Shown here: piece by piece, positions 29,449 through 36,830 of the stretch | Position numbering within the stretch: position 1 is the first letter of the stretch | Layout of the letters: each line of letters opens with the position of its first letter | Assembly: GCA_029933225.1 (NCBI GenBank) | Contig: JAOZOO010000002.1 | Span: 925 to 64,924, forward strand | Direction of reading: 5' to 3' | DNA: 64,000 nucleotides | Source of the DNA: Bacteroidales bacterium | Lineage (GTDB): Bacteria > Bacteroidota > Bacteroidia > Bacteroidales > F082 | The notes under the pieces: model-generated | What the model was told of the DNA's origin: nothing | Databases searched by the model: none | What the model saw: the letters and a program-made list of their open reading frames with translations, nothing else | Translations under genes and position numbers: made by a program

Positions 29449-30792
29449 TTAAAGGATTTCCGGGTTGGCAAAATACGGATGAGAAGAAAGTTTGTGGGCA
29501 ACTTCCCACTCTTTATTGCTGTTTTTTATGTAATGTAACAAATCCCTTTCTGTCTTGTGTCCGGAGATTGCCATGATCTCCACGGTCGGGACATTTGCCA
29601 GATACATATTAATACAACCAGATCGCCTCGCAGTATGCGTTTTTATAAAATGATATTTTGGTAACGTTTTCTCACTCTTTCTTCCTCCTTTATTGATAAC
29701 AATATTAACCGGGTCATCAATTCCGGCCATTTTGCCTATTATCTGAAGTCTCTCATTTATCTTTTGTTCATTTGTGGAAGGAAGTTCATAATTATACTTT
29801 TCCAATATCGCCTCTGCTTCATGACGCAATGGGACGATCACTTCTTTCCCGTTTCTGATCTGATAAATTATCAATGCTTTTCTCCCATCCCCCAGGACTG
29901 TGAGGTTTTTCTTTTTAACGGCTTTGTAATCCGTATAATTTTGAGCAAGGTAACAACCGAGGAGAAACACATCTCTTGTTATCTCAAGTTGAACCTGTTT
30001 GGAAAGATCAAGTTGGTATAGGAGTTTCTGTTCTTTTTCATTCAAATAGACCGGATCCACTTTAATCTGCGCAACCCTGAACAGTTTGCTCTCAAATGCA
30101 ACATTATTATGCATTCCTTCCTGCTTTGCAGAACGCATGATCAGTTTAAGGTGTTTAATATGCCTGGCGATGGTATTCTGGCTATAACCCTTTTGATTAA
30201 AGAACTCGACAAAATCATCCAGAAAATTCACATTAATTTGTTCAAAACTTAATATAATGTTTCTTGATTTTTGGTATTCTGTAATCTGTGACTGGAAACC
30301 TTTCAGGTTTTTAATGGAAAGCGGCCTGTATCTTGTTTTACCAAAAGTCAGTCTTTTCCCTTCAGCGGCTTCATTTATAAACAATTGAACATATTCATTA
30401 AAGCTTTTTGACGGTATTTTGTCTTTTCCTTTTAATTCGATATCCAGTCTTTCCTTTAACTGAGCTGGTGTTGGGACGATGCCGCTTCTTTCAAACTCAT
30501 AATATACTTGTTGGACTTTATCCTGTAAACGCTCAAGATGAACATTGATCATGAAGCCATCTGACGTGACATCTTTTTTTACTCTGTAAACGGGGCGGTC
30601 AATCCATTGGGCAGGTTTTATCTTTTTACCGGTAGGATATTTTAATGGTATATATTTTTTTCTCTTCTCCCTTCCTCCGGAAACCACAAAATAACCATAG
30701 CTGAAAAACATATAAATATATGTTTCCTTTTGCTCACGAACATCAATTCCATGCTGTGGTTCATGCAGTTTGAATATGGTTTTAGGGACCAA
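29449..30792 (-). CDS. Tyrosine-type site-specific integrase (Bacteroidota Arm-binding/SAM-like/catalytic architecture)
   Basis: 447 aa. C-terminal HTARRSG (HxxR), ISGHKTERDLLHYI (His II and Tyr nucleophile). The box I position reads LAQNYTD instead of the expected TGLRxSD. Confidence 0.9.
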   Translation of the reverse strand: MVPKTIFKLHEPQHGIDVREQKETYIYMFFSYGYFVVSGGREKRKKYIPLKYPTGKKIKPAQWIDRPVYRVKKDVTSDGFMINVHLERLQDKVQQVYYEFERSGIVPTPAQLKERLDIELKGKDKIPSKSFNEYVQLFINEAAEGKRLTFGKTRYRPLSIKNLKGFQSQITEYQKSRNIILSFEQINVNFLDDFVEFFNQKGYSQNTIARHIKHLKLIMRSAKQEGMHNNVAFESKLFRVAQIKVDPVYLNEKEQKLLYQLDLSKQVQLEITRDVFLLGCYLAQNYTDYKAVKKKNLTVLGDGRKALIIYQIRNGKEVIVPLRHEAEAILEKYNYELPSTNEQKINERLQIIGKMAGIDDPVNIVINKGGRKSEKTLPKYHFIKTHTARRSGCINMYLANVPTVEIMAISGHKTERDLLHYIKNSNKEWEVAHKLSSHPYFANPEIL

Positions 30793-31317
30793 AACTTTAT
30801 AAATTTTAGGAGGTTATACGGCATTTTTTTCGCAGGGTTTATAAATTTGTAAGATTTTTTGTAAGAATATTTGAAATTTTTTTTTATTTTTGTTCATAAC
30901 TTGTTAATAATTTTATTAGCTTTGTGCCAAGCAATTGAATTTTATATTTTTAAAACCTAAAACAAATTATATGATTCAATTAATTTCATATTCGTGGTAC
31001 CTCGACCATTTTTAGCTTTTCTTGTCAAGTAAACCATGTTCTACCTGATACCTGAAACTATGAATTCGTACCTGAATTACTTAGTCCTTTCCTAACCGCT
31101 TCCTCGTAATTTATATTAACTTTTCCGGTAGATCAAATAAAAATTACTGTTAAGAAATTCAGATGTGCAATTATATTTAATTGTTGTATGTCAATTATTT
31201 AATCAATTTTTATTTCTGAATTTACTACCCTATAGCATAGGATAAAAACGATTATTTTACTTCCTTGATGGGGGCACGATTTGGAAATACTTTTACAAAA
31301 CAGAAAAATTGGAAATC

Positions 31318-31692
31318 ATGAAAAAGTTAATAATTATAGCAATCGTAGCATTAGTAGCAGCAATACCTTTCAAAAAAGCAAATGCACAATATACAATCCC
31401 TGCTTATGACGTGCAGGTAACCGTTAATACAACTTTTGAAGACAGTGGTTTTGCATCACAAAACCAGGACAGGGAAGAAAGGGGCATGACGGTTGAAGTT
31501 GAAGATGAGCACCGCGGAACAGGAAGCGCATGGGCTTACATCGTCATTTATCAGTTAAATGGTAATCTTTCATACGGTCCTTTCAAAGTAAAAGAAGGTG
31601 AACCGTTCCAGATAACATTGGACGACGAACTCTGGGGAGTGAAAGTAACCAACGCATCCGAAGATTGCAGCATGTCAGTCTGGGAAGAATAA
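31318..31692 (+). CDS. Small secreted acidic protein (hypothetical)
   Basis: 124 aa from ATG 31318 (the ORF track starts at TTG 31309). Signal peptide MKKLIIIAIVALVAAIPFKKANA. No recognisable family. Followed by a strong terminator. Confidence 0.6.
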   Translation: MKKLIIIAIVALVAAIPFKKANAQYTIPAYDVQVTVNTTFEDSGFASQNQDREERGMTVEVEDEHRGTGSAWAYIVIYQLNGNLSYGPFKVKEGEPFQITLDDELWGVKVTNASEDCSMSVWEE

Positions 31693-31741
31693 CCTTAAAA
31701 ACAATACAGAAAACACACAGTAATTTTTCATAATAGTTTGG

Positions 31742-31777
31742 CCGGTCAATGAGGTGGTTCTCTTGACCGGTTTTTTT
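31742..31777 (+). terminator. Intrinsic terminator
   Basis: CCGGTCAA (31742-31749) pairs with TTGACCGG (31763-31770), followed by T7. Confidence 0.7.
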
Positions 31778-31862
31778 ATTTACAATAACGTCGTGCTTCT
31801 TTTTCTGAAAAACTTTTATTTTATTTTATCGTAAAAAATTTGACAAACAAAGGATATTAAAA

Positions 31863-31878
31863 TATACAGCACTGTATA
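31863..31878. promoter_or_regulatory. Perfect 16-bp palindrome TATACAG-CA-CTGTATA (candidate operator)
   Basis: Read directly. It lies immediately upstream of the -7 box of the kinase operon. Confidence 0.5.
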
Positions 31879-31884
31879 ATGTTG

Positions 31885-31892
31885 TAATTTTG
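31885..31892 (+). promoter_or_regulatory. Candidate -7 box (TAATTTTG)
   Basis: Exact TAnnTTTG, 25 nt upstream of the kinase ATG at 31918. Confidence 0.45.
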
Positions 31893-31917
31893 GAAACATC
31901 TTTTAACACAACGCTAC

Positions 31918-33801
31918 ATGGTTTGCCGCTGGACTGATAAGTTGGTTTTATTGTTTATTGCTTTTATTTTAGCATTTAATTTCACAGCTTTGGGGGCAAA
32001 GCAAACCACTGAAGAGCGAATTGATGAATACATTGCCAAAGCAAACTATTTTACGAATATTAATTATGATTCAGTAATTTATTATGCTGCCAAAGCAAAC
32101 ATTCTGGCTGATAAAAGCAATAATAATCTCAAGAAAGTTGATATACTTTTTGTAAAAATAAGGGCAGATATTGTAATTGGTAATTATTTAAATGCATATA
32201 ATAATTGTAAAGAAGCGCAAGCATTTGTAAAAGAAAACAACCTTATAGCAAAAGAGCCTGAAGTTTATATGTATCTCGGGCTTGTATATAAATTGATGGG
32301 GTTTACTTCCGAGGCGCTGAAGCAATATTTCAAAGCCATTGAATTGTATGAAGCTTTACCAAAAAATGAAGAAAAAAGATCCGAATCTGAGTTATACTAT
32401 TATCTCGCTGATGCTTATTTCAAAATGGGGGAAAACAAACTTTCCAAAAAATATCTAAAACAAAGTATTCAATTGTCAAAAAAGCAGGAATCTTCATTAT
32501 ATGCCCTTAAATCTTATCTTTTAATGACCCAATTGCAGACAAAACTTGATTCAATACAAAAATATCTTGCCCTTTCCGATTCAATCATTGCCAGAGACAG
32601 CCGGTCGCAATACAAAGAAGTTGTACTTCTAAACAATAAGGCTATGCTTAATAAAGCCATACATAAATATGATTTAAGCAAATCACAGTATCTCCAGGCC
32701 ATTGCCATCGCCAAAGAAAAAGGGTATAAAAAATATATTGCCAATCTTGATAACAATTATGCATATCTTTTAATGACTTTGAATAATTACGACAGCGCTC
32801 GTATTGTACTTGATGAAGCGCTTGCTATTACAAAAGAAATAAATGACATAGATCTCGAGGGTGTAGTATTTGATTCATATAGTGATTTTTATAAAGCTAT
32901 TAATAATTATATGTCGGCTCTTGCATATAAGGACTCTTCAATACGAAAGAAAAACGAATTCAGAAAAAACCAGCGGGTGCAGGAATCGCTTTTCCTTTCA
33001 ACTGTATTTGAGACCGAGCAAAAAGAAAAAGAAATCCTGGCGCAGGAAAGTAAGCTCAACCAGTTCAGGGCAATTCTTTTCGGTGCCATTGCCTTTTCAG
33101 CTATCCTGCTGACACTCCTTATTTATTACAGGCAAAAAACGCTGTTGGGCCGTGCACGCCTGGAAACACTTGAAAAGGAAAAATCATTGTCAACAGCAAA
33201 TGCTTTGATTGAAGGTGAGAACCTTGAACGAAAACGACTCGCCATGGACCTCCATGACGGACTGGGAGCCAGGCTGGGGTCACTGCGTTTTATGATTGAT
33301 GCATTCTTTAAGAACAGCCCGCATTTTGATGAGGTTTCAAAATCTGTCAACGATATCAGTAAACATGTACGTGACCTTTCACACCGGCTGGTTCCTACCC
33401 AATTAGACGAACTGGGTCTTGTTTTATCACTCCAGAACCTGATTAGTTCCATCAATCAATCATCAGAAAGTCTTTCAATAGATCTTGAAGCAAACATTGA
33501 AAAAAGACTTGACAGCTCTCTGGAAATTAATTTATTTTACCTTGTTTATGAAATGATCAACAATGCCATCAAACATTCAAAAGGAAACTCTATCTTTATC
33601 CAGTTGTTGGAACACAGTGATAGTATAAATTTGTCGGTGGAAGACAATGGTGTTGGGTTTGATGTGAATGCAAGCAAAGACGGACACGGATTGAAAAATA
33701 TAAAACGACGGGTTGATTTTTTAAATGGTGAATTAATTATAGATTCGCGGATTGGAGAAGGAACATTGTTTATGATTGAAATACCAAAATCCAGGACATG
33801 A
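31918..33801 (+). CDS. TPR-containing sensor histidine kinase (HisKA_3/NarX-LiaS type)
   Basis: 627 aa. Signal/TM, then a ~350-aa extracytoplasmic TPR-like region and a TM helix (AILFGAIAFSAILLTLLIYY). H-box RKRLAMDLHDGLGARL, N-box EMINNAIKHS and G-box DNGVGF...GHGLKNI. Confidence 0.9.
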   Translation: MVCRWTDKLVLLFIAFILAFNFTALGAKQTTEERIDEYIAKANYFTNINYDSVIYYAAKANILADKSNNNLKKVDILFVKIRADIVIGNYLNAYNNCKEAQAFVKENNLIAKEPEVYMYLGLVYKLMGFTSEALKQYFKAIELYEALPKNEEKRSESELYYYLADAYFKMGENKLSKKYLKQSIQLSKKQESSLYALKSYLLMTQLQTKLDSIQKYLALSDSIIARDSRSQYKEVVLLNNKAMLNKAIHKYDLSKSQYLQAIAIAKEKGYKKYIANLDNNYAYLLMTLNNYDSARIVLDEALAITKEINDIDLEGVVFDSYSDFYKAINNYMSALAYKDSSIRKKNEFRKNQRVQESLFLSTVFETEQKEKEILAQESKLNQFRAILFGAIAFSAILLTLLIYYRQKTLLGRARLETLEKEKSLSTANALIEGENLERKRLAMDLHDGLGARLGSLRFMIDAFFKNSPHFDEVSKSVNDISKHVRDLSHRLVPTQLDELGLVLSLQNLISSINQSSESLSIDLEANIEKRLDSSLEINLFYLVYEMINNAIKHSKGNSIFIQLLEHSDSINLSVEDNGVGFDVNASKDGHGLKNIKRRVDFLNGELIIDSRIGEGTLFMIEIPKSRT

Positions 33802-34427
33802 TATATGTATTTATGATTGATGATCACCCCATGTTCATCGACGGGGTTAAATCGGCATTCAATCCTGAAATTGACAAGGTTGAGTTTGTCGGTTCGGCTA
33901 ATCTATGTACAAATGCTATTGAGCCACTGAAAGAAAGTGGATCTGATGTGGTTCTCCTTGATCTGAATATGCCTGAGGTAAATGGTGTTGAGTGCTGTAA
34001 ACGTATAAAAAAGGTTCTTCCGGATATCAAAGTAATTATCCTTACCGGAGAAACAGATACAGCATTTTTATTTGATGCATGGATGAGTGGCGCCAATGCA
34101 ATCGTCTTAAAATATTGCGGAAAGGACGAGCTTTTACAAACCATGCGCAGGGTAATTACCGGCGAGAGAATAATTGGTAAAAATGTTCCTTTCTTTTTTG
34201 ATCAAATCGAAGGAGCAAAAGATGAAAAAGTACCTACATTAACTTTACGAGAGGAAGAAGTTCTCAAATTGCTTGCCACAGGCCTGTCAAGAAGTGAAGT
34301 TGCCGACGAACTACATATTACAAGCGCAGCGGTAAATTTCCACTGTAAAAATCTTTTCAAGAAATTTAACAAAAACAGGATTCACTCACTGCTTGCTGAA
34401 GCACGAAAATTGAAAGTTATCTCTTGA
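33798..34427 (+). CDS. Response regulator, NarL/FixJ (LuxR HTH) family, copy 1
   Basis: 209 aa. Receiver residues DD (IDDHP), the LLDLNMP phospho-Asp and a C-terminal LuxR-type HTH (LTLREEEVLKLLATGLSRSEVADELHITSAAVNFHCKNLFKKF). ATGA overlap with the kinase stop. Confidence 0.9.
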   Translation: MIYVFMIDDHPMFIDGVKSAFNPEIDKVEFVGSANLCTNAIEPLKESGSDVVLLDLNMPEVNGVECCKRIKKVLPDIKVIILTGETDTAFLFDAWMSGANAIVLKYCGKDELLQTMRRVITGERIIGKNVPFFFDQIEGAKDEKVPTLTLREEEVLKLLATGLSRSEVADELHITSAAVNFHCKNLFKKFNKNRIHSLLAEARKLKVIS

Positions 34428-34609
34428 TTTTCATCCGTTTTGGCTTCCAACTACCATTTTTGGCAGTATAAATTCTATCATTTTCCTACCTTGACGCGTC
34501 TCATTTTTCACTGTAGGTTTGCATCGATAGTTCTTATAATAAGAAACAAAGCTTAATGTTTTAATGTATCTGATTTTTACCTGTTTCTTATGGACCTAAA
34601 ACAAGAGTT

Positions 34610-35239
34610 ATGATTAATATTTTTGTTATCGATGATCATCCGGTGATCGTTGAGGGTGTCAAAGCAATTTTTGACGGAAAAAAAGAAAAAATCAAAGTCG
34701 TCGGTCACGCCTATTCTGCAAAAGAGGCACTAAGCAAACTAAAAAAATCTTCAGCTCACATTATATTACTCGATTTATTGATGCCTGAATTCAGCGGCGT
34801 TGAGTTAGCGCAAATTTTAAAAAAAGATTATCCGGACAAAAAAGTGATCGCTTTTACCGGCGAAACGGATACGGCTATCCTTTTCAATGCCTGGATGAAT
34901 AAAGTTGACGCCATATTGATGAAATACTGCGGCAGGGATGAACTGGTGCAGACCATCCATGCAGTATTGGCCGGTGAAAGGAAGGTCGGAAGTAATGTCC
35001 CTAATTTCTTTTTACAGATAGAATCAACAAAAAACGGAAGCACTCCCCGCCTGACCAGTCGTGAATTGCAAGTGCTGAATGCATTGGCAAAAGGCTACAA
35101 AAGGGGTGAGGTTGGTGAACTTTTACACATCTCAAAGGTTGCCGTTGATTTTCACTGTAAAAACCTCTTTAAAAAGTTCAATAAATCAAGATTACTGGAA
35201 GTTATTTCGGAAGCCCGGAATGCAAATATTATTTATTGA
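34610..35239 (+). CDS. Response regulator, NarL/FixJ (LuxR HTH) family, copy 2 (paralogue of 33798-34427)
   Basis: 209 aa. A gap-free manual alignment to copy 1 gives ~109/209 identical positions. Shared unusual blocks are TGETDTA, KYCG(K/R)DEL and FHCKNLFKKFNK. Confidence 0.9.
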   Translation: MINIFVIDDHPVIVEGVKAIFDGKKEKIKVVGHAYSAKEALSKLKKSSAHIILLDLLMPEFSGVELAQILKKDYPDKKVIAFTGETDTAILFNAWMNKVDAILMKYCGRDELVQTIHAVLAGERKVGSNVPNFFLQIESTKNGSTPRLTSRELQVLNALAKGYKRGEVGELLHISKVAVDFHCKNLFKKFNKSRLLEVISEARNANIIY

Positions 35240-35615
35240 TAATTAGAGGTAAATAAACAACCCGAAAAACGGACTTATTAACAACTTGTATGAGTTATTA
35301 ACTATTTTCTGGAAATGGCATTAACTCTACATTCTCATAGTATTTAACACTTATCTTATTGTTATTCAACTTTTTACTGTTTTTTTGACCGTTTTTACCT
35401 ACACTAAAGCATAGGTATAATCCTACCAAATAGCTATCTTGACCTATGCATTTTTAATTATTCTTTTTACATCCTAAAACCATGTTTACCAATTTATCAT
35501 TAAAAATGACGTAGGATAAATTCAGGTGATCGTGCAAAATGCAATCGAAAATAAACGCTTGCTGAGCTATGGAAACGTTGCCGAGAATAAAGTATAAAGA
35601 AAAGAAGGAGAAAAC

Positions 35616-36221
35616 ATGGAATCAGCAGTAAAGTTAACCGAAAAAGGACAACGTGATTACATCCTTATTCAGCGCGTACTCGAACAAAATGACCAACAAG
35701 CTTACTCTGAATTATTAAACCACTATCATGACTCTCTATATTATATGATGCTGAAGATGTCAGGCGATCCTTTAGATGCCGATGATCTAACTATCGAAGC
35801 ATTTGGAAAAGCATTTAAAAATCTGAAGCATTACACGCCGGATTATGCTTTTAGTACATGGTTGTTTAAAATCGCTACCAACAACTGTATTGACTACATG
35901 CGTAAAAAAAGCAAAGTCGATTCAGCCATCAAGATTGATAAATCTGATAGCGATTATAAAATGACCAGCCATCTGCCCACTAATGAGCTGGATCCCGAGG
36001 AGCAGATCATCAAAGAGCAAAAAATTGATCTTGTTCACAAAATTGTTAAACATTTGAAGCCCCATTACAGGAAGCTGATCGAGTTGAAGTATTTTAAGGA
36101 ATACTCCTACGAAGAGATTTGCCAGGAAATTGATCTTCCTTTGGGAACCATCAAGGCGCAAATCTTCAGGGCGAAAGAACTCCTGTTTAATATACTGAAA
36201 GAAAACAGGGAACTCATTTGA
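35616..36221 (+). CDS. ECF-type sigma-70 family RNA polymerase sigma factor
   Basis: 201 aa. Region 2 is DADDLTIEAFGKAFKNL...FSTWLFKIATNNCIDYMRKK and region 4 is YSYEEICQEIDLPLGTIKAQIFRAKELL. Confidence 0.85.
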   Translation: MESAVKLTEKGQRDYILIQRVLEQNDQQAYSELLNHYHDSLYYMMLKMSGDPLDADDLTIEAFGKAFKNLKHYTPDYAFSTWLFKIATNNCIDYMRKKSKVDSAIKIDKSDSDYKMTSHLPTNELDPEEQIIKEQKIDLVHKIVKHLKPHYRKLIELKYFKEYSYEEICQEIDLPLGTIKAQIFRAKELLFNILKENRELI

Positions 36222-36268
36222 TGTTCCCTGCAGAAGATATTCCCTAATATTTATTATTTATACTTTGA

Positions 36269-36292
36269 GCGGCATACCCTGCCGCTTTTTTT
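36269..36292. terminator. Intrinsic (potentially bidirectional) terminator between convergent genes
   Basis: GCGGCA (36269-36274) pairs with TGCCGC (36280-36285), followed by T7. Confidence 0.65.
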
Positions 36293-36294
36293 AT

Positions 36295-36690
36295 TTAAAA
36301 CAACCTTTCGCCGGTAAAAGCAACCACAAAAGGACAACAGTTTTGCTGCCCTTTCAGGTGTTTCACAATGGTTTGCGTATCAAACGGAATGTCGTCAACC
36401 GATGATTCATCGGGAAAGCTGAATTTCACTTGTACCGCTTTTTTATAGTTATAATTTGCAACGACTTTTTCCGTATCAAACGGGATATCGTTAATAAATC
36501 CTTCATCTTCAAACTTGAAAGATGCCAGTTCTTTTTCTGCTTTAGCTTGTTTGGCTATCATTTCCGTATCAAACGGAATATCATCAATCAGTTTTTCATC
36601 GTTGAAAGTGAGCTCCTGCGCGGTTGCTTTGATTGTAAAAGCCAGTACCAGGGTTGCCAGAATTGTTGTAATGTAAGTTTGTGTTTTCAT
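36295..36690 (-). CDS. Secreted protein with three (D/N)DIPFDT(E/Q) repeats (hypothetical)
   Basis: 131 aa from ATG 36690 (signal peptide MKTQTYITTILATLVLAFTIKATAQ). The ORF-track start at 36753 lies upstream of the candidate promoter. Repeats have a 31-32 aa period; the plus-strand word tatcaaacgg recurs at 36378, 36474 and 36567. Confidence 0.7.
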   Translation of the reverse strand: MKTQTYITTILATLVLAFTIKATAQELTFNDEKLIDDIPFDTEMIAKQAKAEKELASFKFEDEGFINDIPFDTEKVVANYNYKKAVQVKFSFPDESSVDDIPFDTQTIVKHLKGQQNCCPFVVAFTGERLF

Positions 36691-36723
36691 GATTTTATAT
36701 TTTTTTGGTTTCATATTCTGAAG

Positions 36724-36731
36724 CAAAAATA
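36724..36731 (-). promoter_or_regulatory. Candidate -7 box (TATTTTTG on minus strand)
   Basis: Plus-strand caaaaata, 34 nt upstream of ATG 36690. Confidence 0.4.
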
Positions 36732-36830
36732 TCCTGCATACCTCTATAAACAAAGCTCTTTTCGGTGAATGGAAATAAAAAGTCGGTAAACGACGGAATA
36801 CGAAAGGTCTGATAAAAAGAAGGGATAAAT

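Larger units (their letters stand above)
29349..31003. mobile_element. Possible decayed integrative-element remnant (integrase only) at the tRNA-Cys 3' end
   Basis: The integrase gene abuts the tRNA 3' end. The last 8 nt of the tRNA region, GGTACCTC (29342-29349), recur at 30996-31003 just past the integrase. The repeat is short and the boundaries are not proven. Confidence 0.3.

Noticed and set aside
35569-35631. 20-codon uORF (METLPRIKYKEKKEKTWNQQ) overlapping the sigma factor start codon
   Set aside because: There is no supporting signal beyond an ATG and an open frame. Such short frames arise easily in AT-rich DNA, so I cannot support it without ribosome profiling or conservation.
36691-36753. 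21-aa N-terminal extension of the IPFDT-repeat protein in the ORF track
   Set aside because: The candidate -7 box (36724-36731, minus strand) lies downstream of that start. ATG 36690 gives a clean signal peptide.
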